A stretch of DNA of 64,000 nucleotides from the NCBI GenBank assembly GCA_963843845.1, contig CAWJMB010000003.1, positions 160,001 through 224,000 of the forward strand, read 5' to 3'. Both the position numbers and the translations under genes were made by a program. This DNA comes from an uncultured Gemmatimonadaceae bacterium (lineage in GTDB: Bacteria > Gemmatimonadota > Gemmatimonadetes > Gemmatimonadales > Gemmatimonadaceae). Below, piece after piece: positions 10,035 through 24,095 of this stretch (positions are counted from its first letter, which is position 1; each line of letters starts with the position of its first letter). Under the pieces are notes generated by a model. The model searched no databases. It saw only the letters and a list, made by a program, of their open reading frames with translations, and was not told where the DNA came from.

Positions 10035-11308
10035 GTCGTAACGCCGAGCTGCTCGCCGAGGCGCAGCGCGTGATTCCGGGAGGGGTGAGCAGCCCCGTGC
10101 GGGCGTTCAAGGGCGTCGGCGGCACGCCGCGCTTCTTCACGCGCGGGAGCGGTCCCTATGTCACCGACGCCGACGACGTGCGGTACGTCGACTACGTGCT
10201 GTCGTGGGGGGCGCTCGCCGCCGGGCACGCGCCGCCGTCCGTCGTCGACGCCATCGCGGCGCAGGCCGCGCTCGGCACCAGCTTCGGCGCGCCGATCGAG
10301 AGCGAGGCGCGGCTCGCGGCGCGCCTCGTCGACGCGCTGCCGTCGGTCGACCTGGTGCGCTTCGTGAACAGCGGCACCGAGGCGACGATGAGCGCCCTGC
10401 GTGTGGCGCGCGCGGCGACCGGGCGCGCCAAGTTCATCAAGTGCGACGGCTGCTATCACGGCCACGCCGACGCGCTGCTGGTGCAGGCCGGGTCCGGCGT
10501 CGCGACGTTGGGCCTCCCGAACAGCCCCGGCGTCACGCCCGGCGCGACGGCCGACACGCTCGTCGTCCCGTTCAACGACCTCGGCGCCGTCGAGGCGATG
10601 TTCGCGGCGAACCCCGGGCAGATCGCGGCGATCATCGTCGAGCCGGTCGCCGGCAACATGGGGCTGATCGTTCCGCAGCCGGGCTACCTCGCCGGACTGC
10701 GCCGCGTGACGGAGCAGCACGGCGCGCTGCTCGTCTTCGACGAGGTGATGACCGGCTTCCGCGTCGCGTGGGGCGGGGTGCAGGTGCGCGAGGAGATCGT
10801 CCCCGACCTCACCTGCCTCGGCAAGGTCATCGGCGGCGGGCTGCCGGTCGCCGCGTACGGCGGGCGCCGTGACATCATGGAGCTGATCGCGCCGTTGGGC
10901 GCCGTCTACCAGGCCGGCACGCTCTCCGGCAATCCGCTAGGCATGGCCGCGGGCCTCGCGATGCTCGACCTCCTCGCGGTCCCCGGCGCGTACGCGCGGC
11001 TGGAGGCGCAGTCCGTCGCGCTCGCCGGGATCGTCCGGGAGACGGCGGCGCAGCACGGCGTCCCGGTCACGACCTCCGCGATCGGCGGCATGTGGGGGTT
11101 CTTCCTCGGCGACACGCCGGTCGCGAACTACGGCGACGCGAAACGCACCGACACCGCGCTGTTCGCGCGGCTGTTCCACGCCTTGCTCGCCCGCGGCGTC
11201 TACCTCGCGCCGTCCGCGTTCGAGACCAACTTCGTCTCGCTCGCGCACGACGACGACACGCTTGCTCTCACGCGCGACGCCTTCGACGGGGCGTTCGCGG
11301 CGCTATGA
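10031..11308 (+). CDS. hemL: glutamate-1-semialdehyde 2,1-aminomutase
   Basis: IPGGVSSPVRAF, VNSGTEATM, YHGH, FDEVMTGFR, GKVIGGGLP, YQAGTLSGNP. Confidence 0.96.
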   Translation: MSRNAELLAEAQRVIPGGVSSPVRAFKGVGGTPRFFTRGSGPYVTDADDVRYVDYVLSWGALAAGHAPPSVVDAIAAQAALGTSFGAPIESEARLAARLVDALPSVDLVRFVNSGTEATMSALRVARAATGRAKFIKCDGCYHGHADALLVQAGSGVATLGLPNSPGVTPGATADTLVVPFNDLGAVEAMFAANPGQIAAIIVEPVAGNMGLIVPQPGYLAGLRRVTEQHGALLVFDEVMTGFRVAWGGVQVREEIVPDLTCLGKVIGGGLPVAAYGGRRDIMELIAPLGAVYQAGTLSGNPLGMAAGLAMLDLLAVPGAYARLEAQSVALAGIVRETAAQHGVPVTTSAIGGMWGFFLGDTPVANYGDAKRTDTALFARLFHALLARGVYLAPSAFETNFVSLAHDDDTLALTRDAFDGAFAAL

Positions 11309-11385
11309 GCTGACGAGACGCGGGAGGATGCCCGGGATGCGCCGGATGCCCCGGGGATCCCCACCCGTTCCGCTCGCCGAGCGCG

Positions 11386-12279
11386 TCAGCCGCTCCGCAG
11401 CGCGAGGAACAGCTGCCAGAGCGGCGGCTGCCACGTGGTCGAGAGCAGCGCGTGCTCGAGCGCGGCGAGCGCGGCGAGCGTCGCGAGGAGCGCGGCGCCC
11501 GTGCGCGTGCCGCGGGTCGGCAGCGTGCGGGCGCGCCAGGCGAACCACGCGGTGAGTGCGCCTAACGCGACCACCGTCGCCGGCAGCAGCGCCGAGTTCT
11601 CGGGCGGGCCGAAGTAGCGGCGCAACGACGCGAGGTACGACGGCAGCAGCTCCGCCCCTCCGTTCGCGACGCCGAGGAACACGTTGAGGCGCGCCGTCTG
11701 GTGCGCGGCCCACAGCACGACGAGCGCCCACAGTCCGGTCCGCGTCGGCGAGCGCCACACGAGCGCCGCCGCGAACGCGATCGCGACGAGCCCGAGTGCG
11801 TCGCTGTACGCCGTCGCGCGCAGTGCGTCGAACGCGAGCGCGAGGCGATCGCTCGCCACCGCAGCGTGGGGGAGCGTGCCGCCCGGCGCCACGCCGGCCG
11901 GCCCGCTCGCCGGCCCGCTCGCCGGCCCGCCGGCCGGCCCGACGACCCACCCGCCGTAGAGCGCGGCGCTCACCGCCGTCCACAGGAGCCCCCCGCCGAG
12001 GAAGCTCTGCACGACGTCGCGCGGCTCGGGCCATGCACGCGAGCGCGCCAGGAGCCACGCGCCGCCGGCAGCGGCGACGACGCCGATGGCCGCCGCGACG
12101 AGCCGCCCCGTGCCTTCGCGTTGCGCGGCGAGCAGCGTGCCCGTCGCGAGCCACCAGAACGCGAGCACGACGAGGGGCCCGCCGGCGGCGACGAGCTCAC
12201 GCCCCCGCACGCGCCGCCCCGGCATCCGGCTTCCCCACGCGCCGCGGGCGCTCGGGCGGACCACACCCGGCGCGCTCAC
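11386..12279 (-). CDS. puhE: photosynthetic complex assembly protein PuhE (DUF3623)
   Basis: FWWLATG, ARLNVFLGV-N, ELLPSYLASL--YF, LAALEH; multi-TM; start uncertain. Confidence 0.85.
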   Translation of the reverse strand: MSAPGVVRPSARGAWGSRMPGRRVRGRELVAAGGPLVVLAFWWLATGTLLAAQREGTGRLVAAAIGVVAAAGGAWLLARSRAWPEPRDVVQSFLGGGLLWTAVSAALYGGWVVGPAGGPASGPASGPAGVAPGGTLPHAAVASDRLALAFDALRATAYSDALGLVAIAFAAALVWRSPTRTGLWALVVLWAAHQTARLNVFLGVANGGAELLPSYLASLRRYFGPPENSALLPATVVALGALTAWFAWRARTLPTRGTRTGAALLATLAALAALEHALLSTTWQPPLWQLFLALRSG

Positions 12280-14234
12280 GACGCGCGGGCGCGTGAGTCG
12301 CGCGCGGCGGGCGCCGGCAGCGCAGTGCGCAACGTCGCATCGATGCCGCGTGCCGAGATGACGGGCAGCACGACGTGGCGCGCGCGCAGCGCCGTCGCCA
12401 GCTCGCGCGCCTCGGGGCCGCCGCGCGGCGCGGTATCGATGACGACGGATGGCACGTCGAGGCGCACGAGCTGGCGTGCTGCGTCGAGCGCGTCGGCGCG
12501 GGCGCGCGTGCGGTCGGGCGCGCCGTCACGTGCGAGGTTCGCGCGGCCGTCGGTCAGCAGAACGACGCGCACGTCCCACCCGTCGCTCCGCTCTCGCAGC
12601 GCGAGCTGCGCCGCCGCGTCGAGCGCCGCGGCGAGCGGGGTGCCGCCGCCGCCCGGCAGCGCCGCGAGCTGTCGTCGTGCCCGCGCGAGCGCCCGCGTCG
12701 GTGGGAGCGACAGCGTCACGCCGCGGCCGGAGAACGCGAGCAGCGCCACGCGGTCGCGCCGCACGTAGCTCTCGGCGAGCAGGAGCTGCACGGCACCCTT
12801 CGCCTCGCCGAGCCGTCGCGCCGCCATCGAGCCGGACGCGTCGACGACGAACAACGTCGACGTCCCGGTGCGCTGCTGCGTGCGCCGCACGTGCAGATCG
12901 CCGCGCTCGACGCGCAACGCGTCGTCACCCCGTCCGCGCGGCGCGTCGGGCACGTCGTTCGGCCCACGCTCGGCGGCCGCGCGCACGCGCTGCCAGGGCG
13001 CGGCGGCGCGCATCGTCGCGAGCAGATCGAGCCGGCGCCCGCGACGCGGCTCGCCGCGGCGGGCGCCTAACGGGCGGCCGTGCGTCGTGCCCGCGCGCGC
13101 CGTCCCCGCGCGTCCGGGTGTGCGCGCGGCACGCGAGGCCGTCGCCGTGCCGTCGAGCAATCCCGGCGGCAGCACGGCGCGCACCGCGTCGAGCACGACG
13201 TCCGCGAGCGGAGACGGCGTCGTACGCTCGGTGGCCTCGGAATCCGGCTCGGCGGGCGGATCGTGCGCGTCGCGCCGATCGGGCGCCGACTGCGGGTCGG
13301 TCTCCGCCCCCGTCGGCTGCCGCGCTGGCTCCGCGGAATCGTCAGCCGGTGCCTCTGCCGTGTCCGGCGCGTGGCGTGCGCGGGGCGCGAGGACGAGCTG
13401 CGCCGCCGCGACGACGTCGTCACCGGTCGCACGGTCGCGGCCGTGCCATGCCGCGGACGCCCGCGCCGCGCGGACGGCGAACAGGAGCGCCCGGACGTCG
13501 TCGATGCCCAACGAATGCGCGACCGCCGCGAGCGCCTCGACGGCGTCGTCGTCGAGCGCGACGCTGCGCAGCCTCCGCCGAGCGGCGATGACGGCGTGGC
13601 GATCGGCGGCGTTCGGCGCACCGTCGGGCGCGGCGCCCCACGTGGCGCTCGTCGTGCCACGCAGCGTCTCGATCCCGCCGCCGGCTCGGCCGCGGCCGAG
13701 CGCGACGTGGAACGCGAGCCGTTCGGTGAGCGCCGCCGGCACCGTGGCGTCGGCGTCGTCGCTCCACGTGACCACGAGCGACCGCGCGCGGTGCGTCGCC
13801 GCGACCGTATCGCGCTCGACGCGCACCTCGCCCGTGTCGAGCGTCGCGGCGACCGACGAGATCGCGAGCGCGGTCGCGCGCTGCGCCGACGGCACGACGA
13901 GCACCCCGCCGTGCGCCTCCGCGAGGACGCCGCGCGTCACGCCTGGCGCACCCGTCGCGCCGCCGAGCGTCGCCGTCAGATCCGCGCCGCCGACGAGTCG
14001 GTCCGCGTCGACGCCCGGCGGCAGCAGGCGCCACGGCGCGCGGTGCGGCAGCGCGCCGTGGAGCGCGCGCGCCCAGCCTAACGCTGCGTCGCGATCCGCG
14101 GTCTGCAGCACCGCGCCGCCCAGTCCGCGCGGGTCGACGGCGAGCAGCGCCGCCGCGAGGCTTCCCTCGGCGCGTGCACCGTCGACGCGTGCACCGTCGG
14201 CGAACGCAGCGTCCGCGACGCCGACGACGGTCAC
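12276..14234 (-). CDS. bchD: magnesium chelatase subunit D
   Basis: [10 protein letters not shown]-terminus, Pro/acidic linker, vWA domain [31 protein letters not shown] start overlaps the bchI stop. Confidence 0.92.
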   Translation of the reverse strand: MTVVGVADAAFADGARVDGARAEGSLAAALLAVDPRGLGGAVLQTADRDAALGWARALHGALPHRAPWRLLPPGVDADRLVGGADLTATLGGATGAPGVTRGVLAEAHGGVLVVPSAQRATALAISSVAATLDTGEVRVERDTVAATHRARSLVVTWSDDADATVPAALTERLAFHVALGRGRAGGGIETLRGTTSATWGAAPDGAPNAADRHAVIAARRRLRSVALDDDAVEALAAVAHSLGIDDVRALLFAVRAARASAAWHGRDRATGDDVVAAAQLVLAPRARHAPDTAEAPADDSAEPARQPTGAETDPQSAPDRRDAHDPPAEPDSEATERTTPSPLADVVLDAVRAVLPPGLLDGTATASRAARTPGRAGTARAGTTHGRPLGARRGEPRRGRRLDLLATMRAAAPWQRVRAAAERGPNDVPDAPRGRGDDALRVERGDLHVRRTQQRTGTSTLFVVDASGSMAARRLGEAKGAVQLLLAESYVRRDRVALLAFSGRGVTLSLPPTRALARARRQLAALPGGGGTPLAAALDAAAQLALRERSDGWDVRVVLLTDGRANLARDGAPDRTRARADALDAARQLVRLDVPSVVIDTAPRGGPEARELATALRARHVVLPVISARGIDATLRTALPAPAARDSRARAS

Positions 14235-15271
14235 GCCGCGGCCGTGTCGGCGATCGTCTCGCGCACCGCGCGCTCGATGCGCGCCGACGACCCGGTGTCG
14301 TCGAGCGGGTCGCGGCGCAGCCGATGGCGCAGCGCGAGCGGTGCGATCTGTCGCAGATGGCCGAGCGTCGCCTCGGCCACGCCGTCGAGCGCGGCGACGG
14401 CGCGCGCGGCGCGGAGCAGCGTCAGCTCGCCGCGCACCCCGTCGACCTTGAGCTGTGCGCAGAGGGCGGCACCGCGCTCGAGCAGCGCGTCGGGCACGAC
14501 GGTCGCGTCGAGCGTCTCGCGGGCCCGCGTGAGGCGCTTGCGCACGGCCGTGTCGGGCGCACGCCACTTCGCGAGAAAGTCGTTCGGCGCACGGTCGAAG
14601 GCGTCGCGCCGCCGCACCACCTCGATGCGCTGCGCCGGATCGTTCGGGGTCACGACGTCGACGGCGAGGCCGAAACGATCGAGCAGCTGTGGGCGAAGGT
14701 CGCCCTCTTCCGGATTCCCGCTGCCGACGAGTACGAAGCGCGCCGGGTGCCGCACGGACAGTCCGTCACGCTCGACCACGTTCTCGCCGGAGACGGCGAC
14801 GTCGAGCAGCAGGTCGACGAGATGATCGTCGAGCAGGTTGATCTCGTCGACGTAGAGAAAGCCGCGGTTCGCCTTCGCGAGCAGCCCGGGCTCGTAGCGA
14901 CGTTCGCCGTGCCGCAATGCGCGCTCGAGGTCGAGGCTTCCGACGACGCGGTCCTCGGTCGCGCCTAACGGCAGGTCGACGACCGGAATCGGCCGCATCG
15001 CGACCGCGGTCGTCTCCTTGCGCCGCGCCGCGCGGCGGCACCCGTCGCACCGATCGCCGTTGCCGCCCGGATCGCAGCCGTAGGGACAGTCGGCGACCAT
15101 CGCCAGCTTCGGCAGCAGGGCAGGGAGGGCGCGCACGGCGGTCGACTTCGCGGTGCCGCGCTGCCCGAAGATCAGCACGCCCCCCACCGCGGGGTCGGTC
15201 GCCGCGATGAGCAGGGCGAGCTTCATTTCGTCCTGTCCGACGATGGCCGAGAACGGATAGCGGTGGTGCAC
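14231..15271 (-). CDS. bchI: magnesium chelatase ATPase subunit I
   Basis: [57 protein letters not shown]. Confidence 0.96.
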   Translation of the reverse strand: MHHRYPFSAIVGQDEMKLALLIAATDPAVGGVLIFGQRGTAKSTAVRALPALLPKLAMVADCPYGCDPGGNGDRCDGCRRAARRKETTAVAMRPIPVVDLPLGATEDRVVGSLDLERALRHGERRYEPGLLAKANRGFLYVDEINLLDDHLVDLLLDVAVSGENVVERDGLSVRHPARFVLVGSGNPEEGDLRPQLLDRFGLAVDVVTPNDPAQRIEVVRRRDAFDRAPNDFLAKWRAPDTAVRKRLTRARETLDATVVPDALLERGAALCAQLKVDGVRGELTLLRAARAVAALDGVAEATLGHLRQIAPLALRHRLRRDPLDDTGSSARIERAVRETIADTAAA

Positions 15272-15345
15272 GGAGAACTCTCTCTGGTGGCTCGGTCTAC
15301 GCTACCCCGCCCGTCGAGGTGTCGCAATACGTGAACGGTAGTGAG

Positions 15346-15363
15346 TGTCAACGTTGCTTGACG
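15346..15363. promoter_or_regulatory. PpsR box-like site in the divergent bchI/crtF promoter
   Basis: TGTCAACGTTGCTTGACG (TGT-N12-ACG). Confidence 0.65.
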
Positions 15364-15409
15364 CCGTTCGGTCCCGTCGTCATGTTCGCGTCGTGCTCAT
15401 GATCTCCGC

Positions 15410-16594
15410 ATGACGATCGACACGCTCCGCAACGCCGCGCCGACGGCCGCGGCACCGTCGGTCGTGTCGTCCATGACGTTCGGCGACCGCATGCTCGCTC
15501 TCCGCGATCGGCTGATCGCCGGCGCCGTGGCCCGGCCGTGGCTGGCGCGCCTGCCGCTCGTCGGGCTCGTCGCGCGCCGCCAGTCGCAGTCGCTGTTCGA
15601 TCTCTGTGCGGGCTTCGTCTACTCGCAGGTGCTGACGGCGTGCGTGCGGAGCGGGCTGCTCGATTTCGTCGCGGCGGAGCCGCGCACCGTCGCGGCGATC
15701 GCCGCGCACTGCGCGCTGCCGCTCGACGGCGCCGAACGGCTCGTGCGCGCGGCGACGGCGATGCAGCTCCTCGGCCCGCGCTCGGGGACGCGACATGGGC
15801 TCGGCGCGACGGGGGTCGCGGTGCGGTCGGCCCCGGGGCTCGTGCAGATGATCGAGCACAACGTGCTGCTCTACGACGACCTGCGCGACCCGATCGCCGT
15901 GCTGCGCGGCGACGCGACGCGGGCGCACCGGTCGCGTGAAGTGGGGTCGTACTTCGGCTATGCGACGACCGAGTCGCCCGAGACGCTGAGCGCGCAAGCG
16001 GTGGCGCCGTATTCGACGCTCATGTCGGAGACCGTCGCGCCGATCGCCGCCGAGGTGCTCGACGCGGTGCCGCTCGACGGGCGGCGGCTGCTCATGGACG
16101 TCGGCGGCGGCACGGGAGCGTTCGTCTGCGCGGTCGCGGCGCGGCATCCGTCGATCGCGCTGCGGCTGTTCGACCTGCCCGCGGTCGCGTCGCTCGCGGC
16201 CGACCGCGTCGCGCGCGAAGGGTTGGCGTCGCGCATCGACGCGGTCGGCGGGGACTTCCACAGCGATGCGCTCCCGACCGGCGCCGACGTCATCACCTTC
16301 GTGCGCGTGCTGCTCGATCACGATGACGCCTCGGTCCGCGCGCTTCTGGGCCGGGCGCGCGCGGCGCTGGCGCCCGGCGGCATGGTCGTGATTGCCGAGC
16401 CGATGGCGGGGGCGAAGGGCGCGGCGGTGGTCGGCGACGTCTACTTCGCGCTCTACCTGCGCGCGATGGGACGTGGGCGTCCGCGCGAGGCCGGCGAACT
16501 CGGCGCCATGCTGCGCGATGCCGGCTTCCGCGACGTGCGGTCCCATCGCACGCGCTACCCGGTCTTCGCCGGGATTCTGACCGCTCGCGCCTGA
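15410..16594 (+). CDS. crtF: hydroxyneurosporene/demethylspheroidene O-methyltransferase
   Basis: LFDLCAGFVYSQVL, MIEHN.LLY.DL.DP, DVGGGTG SAM motif, LRAMGRGRPR; directly upstream of bchC. Confidence 0.92.
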   Translation: MTIDTLRNAAPTAAAPSVVSSMTFGDRMLALRDRLIAGAVARPWLARLPLVGLVARRQSQSLFDLCAGFVYSQVLTACVRSGLLDFVAAEPRTVAAIAAHCALPLDGAERLVRAATAMQLLGPRSGTRHGLGATGVAVRSAPGLVQMIEHNVLLYDDLRDPIAVLRGDATRAHRSREVGSYFGYATTESPETLSAQAVAPYSTLMSETVAPIAAEVLDAVPLDGRRLLMDVGGGTGAFVCAVAARHPSIALRLFDLPAVASLAADRVAREGLASRIDAVGGDFHSDALPTGADVITFVRVLLDHDDASVRALLGRARAALAPGGMVVIAEPMAGAKGAAVVGDVYFALYLRAMGRGRPREAGELGAMLRDAGFRDVRSHRTRYPVFAGILTARA

Positions 16595-16631
16595 CCGATG
16601 CGCCCTCCTCTTGACCATCGGCGCGCCGGAC

Positions 16632-16675
16632 TGTCAATTCTAGTTGACACACAGCGCTGTATCGGTATCTTGACG
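16632..16675. promoter_or_regulatory. tandem PpsR boxes in the bchC promoter (8-bp spacing)
   Basis: TGTCAATTCTAGTTGACA (16632-16649) and TGTATCGGTATCTTGACG (16658-16675). Confidence 0.85.
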
Positions 16676-16731
16676 CTCCGACCACTGGGTGCTGCGATCC
16701 GTCGCACACCCCGCCCCTCCTGAGAGCTCGC

Positions 16732-17669
16732 ATGTACACGACGGCAGTCGTCTTCGAGCAGCCCGGCACGCTCGACGTTCGATCGGTGGCGCTCACGCCT
16801 CCGGGTCCGACGGACGTCGTGGTGGACGTCGTGCACTCGGGGATCAGCACCGGCACCGAGCGGCTCCTCTGGACCGGGCGCATGCCGGCATTCCCGGGCT
16901 CGGGTACCCGCTCGTGCCGGGGTACGAGTCGGTCGGCACCGTCGTCGAGGCGGGGGCGGACTCGGGGCACGCGGTCGGCGAGACGGTGTTCGTGCCCGGA
17001 GCGCGCTGCTTCACCGACGTGCGCGGGCTGTTCGGCGGCAACGCGCAGCGTCTCGTCGTCGCCGGCCCGCGCGCCCACGTCGTCGACGGCGCGTTGGGCG
17101 CGAACGCGGTCCTCCTCGCGCTCGCCGCGACGGCGTACCACGCGCTCCGCGACGGCCCGACGCTCCCCGGCCTCATCGTCGGACACGGCGCGTTAGGCCG
17201 GCTCCTCGCACGGCTGACGCTCGCGTTGGGTGGCGCCGCGCCGACCGTGTGGGAGAAGCACCCCGTGCGCCGCGCCGGCGCCGTCGGCTACACGGTCACG
17301 GACGCCGGATCCGATGCGCGCACCGACTACGCGTGCGTCTGCGACGTGAGCGGCGACGCGTCGCTCGTCGACGCACTCATCCGGCGGCTCGGCCCGGGCG
17401 GTGAGCTGGTGCTCGCCGCGTTCTACCACGAGCCGATCGCGTTCGCATTCCCGCCGGCGTTCATGCGCGGCGCCCGGCTGCGCATCGCCGCGGAGTGGCG
17501 GCCGTCCGATCTGACGGCCGTCCGCGAGTTGGTCGCGAGCGGCGCGCTGTCGCTCGACGGGCTCGTCACGCACCGCGAAGACGCCGCGAACGCGGCCGCC
17601 GCGTTCGACACCGCATTCGACGACCCGACCTGCGTCAAGATGATTCTCGACTGGAGGAACGCCGCATGA
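16732..17669 (+). CDS. bchC: 3-hydroxyethyl bacteriochlorophyllide a dehydrogenase; frameshift near 16897
   Basis: [17 protein letters not shown] in one frame; [28 protein letters not shown] in the next. Confidence 0.93.
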
Positions 17670-18682
17670 TCGATCTCGCCCACGCGCCGGCGACGACCAC
17701 CTACGTGGACATGGCGGCGAACGTCCGCGCCGAAGCGCACGTCGAGCCCGACCCGGTGTCGACGAAGCCGCCGACGAAAGAGACGCAGATCATCGCGATC
17801 TACGGCAAAGGCGGCATCGGCAAGAGCTTCACGCTCGCCAACCTGTCGTACATGATGGCGCAGCAGGGGAAGAAGGTGCTGCTCATCGGCTGCGACCCGA
17901 AGTCCGACACGACGTCGCTGCTGTTCGGCGGCAAGGCGTGCCCGACCATCATCGAGATGTCGTCGAAGAAGAAGCTCGCCGGCGAGTCGGTCGCGATCGG
18001 CGACGTCTGCTTCAAGCGCGACGGCGTGTTCGCGATGGAGTTGGGGGGCCCAGAGGTCGGCCGCGGCTGCGGCGGGCGCGGCATCATCCACGGCTTCGAG
18101 ACGCTGGAGAAGCTCGGCTTCCACGACTGGGGCTTCGACTTCGTGCTGCTCGACTTTCTCGGCGACGTCGTCTGCGGCGGCTTCGGGCTGCCGATCGCGC
18201 GCGACATGTGTCAGAAGGTCATCGTCGTCGGCTCGAACGATCTGCAGTCGCTCTACGTCGCGAACAACGTCTGCTCCGCCGTGGAGTACTTCCGCAGGCT
18301 CGGCGGCAACGTCGGCGTCGCGGGGATGGTCGTGAACAAGGACGACCACACCGGCGAGGCGGCGCGCTTCGCCGAGCGGGTCGGGATCCCGGTGCTCGCG
18401 AGCGTGCCGGCGCACGAGGACATCCGCCGCAAGAGCGCGAACTACGAGATCATCGGCTACCCCGACGGTCAGTGGGGCCCGCTGTTCGGGACGCTCGCGA
18501 TGAACGTCGCCGAGGCGCCTCCGGTACGGCCGAAGCCGCTCACGCAGGACGGATTGCTCGCGCTGTTCTCGGGAAGCTCCGTCGGGCGCGACGTCGTGTT
18601 GCAGCCGGCGACGATGGCCGACATGTGCGGGCGCGACGTCGCGCCGCGCCGCTCGCTCGAAGTCATCTACGACGCGGTCTGA
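17666..18682 (+). CDS. bchX: chlorophyllide a reductase Fe protein
   Basis: [42 protein letters not shown]. Confidence 0.96.
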   Translation: MIDLAHAPATTTYVDMAANVRAEAHVEPDPVSTKPPTKETQIIAIYGKGGIGKSFTLANLSYMMAQQGKKVLLIGCDPKSDTTSLLFGGKACPTIIEMSSKKKLAGESVAIGDVCFKRDGVFAMELGGPEVGRGCGGRGIIHGFETLEKLGFHDWGFDFVLLDFLGDVVCGGFGLPIARDMCQKVIVVGSNDLQSLYVANNVCSAVEYFRRLGGNVGVAGMVVNKDDHTGEAARFAERVGIPVLASVPAHEDIRRKSANYEIIGYPDGQWGPLFGTLAMNVAEAPPVRPKPLTQDGLLALFSGSSVGRDVVLQPATMADMCGRDVAPRRSLEVIYDAV

Positions 18683-18795
18683 GACGATCGAGTCGTGCAA
18701 CTCACCCGGCGTTCCACGCACGCGGGGCCTCGTGATCCGGCCGGTCCCGACCGCGAGCTCTCTCGCGGCGCTCGGGATGACGGCGGAGCGACGGG

Positions 18796-21701
<2,906 letters not shown>

Positions 21702-22690
21702 GCGGCGTGCCGCGTCGAGGATGATCGCCGCCACGGCGTCCGGGTCGCTCTCGTGGACGAGGTGCCCCGCGTTCGGAAGCGACACGATCGTCGCGTTCGG
21801 CAGCCGTGCGCCGATCTCGCGCACCTGCGCCGGGCGGATCCACCGGTCGTGCTCGCCGACGACGAGGGTCACCGGCACGTCGATCGTCGGCAGCCGCCGC
21901 GCGAGCCTGTCGAGGTTCCAGCGTCCCATCATCGTGAGCACGGCGTGCAGGTGCTCGGGCGAGCGCGTGAACGCTTCGTATATGGCGGCCTGCTCCGCCG
22001 GGACTCTCGTGCCGGTCGAATCGAGCAGCGTGCCGGTGAACGCGGTCGCGGAGACGAGCCACGCCGCCGCACGCGCGACGGCCATCGGCGCGACGAGCTC
22101 GCGGACGACCGGCGCGAGCCACGCCGAGTACGCGGTCGGCGGCGGCGCGATCGCCGCGTTCAGACCGACGATCGCGCCGCGCGGGGCGAGCCCGTCCGCG
22201 GCGCGCTGCAGCAACACGGCCGCCCCCGCCGAGTGTCCGACGCCGAGGGCGGGCGTCATGCCTAACGCGTGGAGCAGCTCGGTGATGGCGCTCGCCATCC
22301 CGGAGAGCGACAGCCCGGCGTCGGTGGGGGGGCGCGATGTGAATCCGTGCCCCGGAAGGTCGGGCGCGACGACCGTGAAGTGGGTGGCGAGGCGCGGCAG
22401 CAGATCGCGCCACGAGTGTGTCGCCGCTCCCGTTCCGTGTAGCAGCAGCACCATCGGCCCCCGTCCGGCGACCTGCACGTGCCACCGGATCCCGGCCGTC
22501 TCGACGAAGCGACTGGCGTCTGCGTTGGGCCACCGGCCCCGCCATCGCTCCCACCCCGACTCGCCGCCTTCGCCCGCGTCCGCGGAATCGGTAGGCGTCA
22601 CGAGTCGGACCTTGCGCGCCGGCCACTCGGGCCAACGCTCTCACCCCCGCGGCCTGCGGCCGCGGCATCTGCTCCCTTCAGGAGGCGCAC

Positions 22691-22912
22691 ATGGCCACGT
22701 CGATGCCACCGACGTCGCGTTCCGGCGGAGGAATGTCGGGGCTCACAGAGGACGAAGCACGGTCGTTTCACGGCATGTTCATCACCAGCTTCATCGCGTT
22801 CACGGTGATCGCGATCGTCGCGCACTGGATGGTCTGGTCGTGGCGTCCGTGGATCCCCGGCACCGAGGGCTATCCGGCCCCGAGCGTCTCGGCTCCCTCC
22901 GTCCCGCGCTGA
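22691..22912 (+). CDS. pufB: LH1 antenna beta polypeptide
   Basis: [15 protein letters not shown]...[20 protein letters not shown] upstream. Confidence 0.95.
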   Translation: MATSMPPTSRSGGGMSGLTEDEARSFHGMFITSFIAFTVIAIVAHWMVWSWRPWIPGTEGYPAPSVSAPSVPR

Positions 22913-22922
22913 GGAACTGATC

Positions 22923-23111
22923 ATGTACCGAGTTTGGATGATCTTCGACCCGCGCCGGACGCTCGTCGCGCTGTTCACGTTCCTGTTCGTGCTCGCGCTG
23001 CTCATTCACTTCATTCTACTGAGCACGCAGCGCTACAACTGGATCGACGCCAACGCGAGAAGCACCGTGTCGGCGGCGGACATGACGCCACTCCCGCCCG
23101 GCAGTCGGTAG
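22923..23111 (+). CDS. pufA: LH1 antenna alpha polypeptide
   Basis: [12 protein letters not shown]...[17 protein letters not shown]. Confidence 0.96.
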   Translation: MYRVWMIFDPRRTLVALFTFLFVLALLIHFILLSTQRYNWIDANARSTVSAADMTPLPPGSR

Positions 23112-23121
23112 GGCCGGTCGT

Positions 23122-23176
23122 CGAACGTGCGCGGCGCGCCTCGTGGGGTTCCCGACAGGCTCGTCGCGCGCGTCCG
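23122..23176 (+). other. pufA-pufL intercistronic stem-loop
   Basis: 20-nt arms at 23122-23141 and 23157-23176 pair at about 18/20 positions counting G-U. Confidence 0.65.
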
Positions 23177-23258
23177 GCGTCGGAACACACAGTAGCTCCG
23201 CAGCGAAACGTTTCACCTTTTCGATCGCCTTGACCTCGCGTCAGGAGGCACCCCGACG

Positions 23259-24083
23259 ATGGCCATGCTGAGTTTTGAAGCGAAGTATCGCGTGCGAGGA
23301 GGCACCCTCGTCGGCGGCGATCTGTTCGACTTCTGGGTCGGACCGTTCTACGTAGGGTTCTTCGGTGTCTTGTCGATCTTCTTCATCGCGCTCGGCACGC
23401 TGCTCTGCGTCTGGGGCGCGGCGGTCGGGCCGACGTGGAACCTGTGGCGCATCTCGATCGCGCCCCCCGACCTGAGCTACGGCCTCGGCCTCGCGCCGCT
23501 CGCGCACGGGGGGCTCTGGCAGCTCATCACGTTCGCCGCGACCGGCGCGTTCGTCTCGTGGGCGCTCCGCCAGGTCGAGATCTCGCGCAAGCTCGGCATG
23601 GGCTACCACATCCCGGTCGCCTACGGCGTCGCCGTGTTCGCGTACGTCACGCTCGTCATCATCCGGCCGGTGCTGTTAGGCGCCTGGGGGCACGGCTTCC
23701 CCTACGGCATCATCAGCCACCTCGACTGGGTGTCGAACGTCGGGTACCAGTACCTGCATTTCCATTACAACCCGCTGCACATGATCGCGGTGACGTTGTT
23801 CTTCACGACGACGCTCGCGCTCAGCATGCACGGCTCGCTCATCCTCTCGATGGTGAACCCCGCGAAGGGCGAGCCGGTCAAGACGAGCGAACACGAGAAC
23901 TCGTTCTTCCGCGACGTGCTCGGCTACTCGATCGGCGCGGTCGGCATCCACCGACTCGGGCTCGGGCTCGCGCTCGGCGCCGGCATCTTCAGCGCGCTGT
24001 GCATCGTCGTCAGCGGGCCGCTGTGGACGCGCGGCTGGCCGGAGTGGTGGAACTGGTGGCTCAATCTCCCCATCTGGTCGTAG
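23259..24083 (+). CDS. pufL: reaction centre L subunit
   Basis: [54 protein letters not shown]. Confidence 0.98.
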   Translation: MAMLSFEAKYRVRGGTLVGGDLFDFWVGPFYVGFFGVLSIFFIALGTLLCVWGAAVGPTWNLWRISIAPPDLSYGLGLAPLAHGGLWQLITFAATGAFVSWALRQVEISRKLGMGYHIPVAYGVAVFAYVTLVIIRPVLLGAWGHGFPYGIISHLDWVSNVGYQYLHFHYNPLHMIAVTLFFTTTLALSMHGSLILSMVNPAKGEPVKTSEHENSFFRDVLGYSIGAVGIHRLGLGLALGAGIFSALCIVVSGPLWTRGWPEWWNWWLNLPIWS

Positions 24084-24095
24084 CGGAGAACTCGG

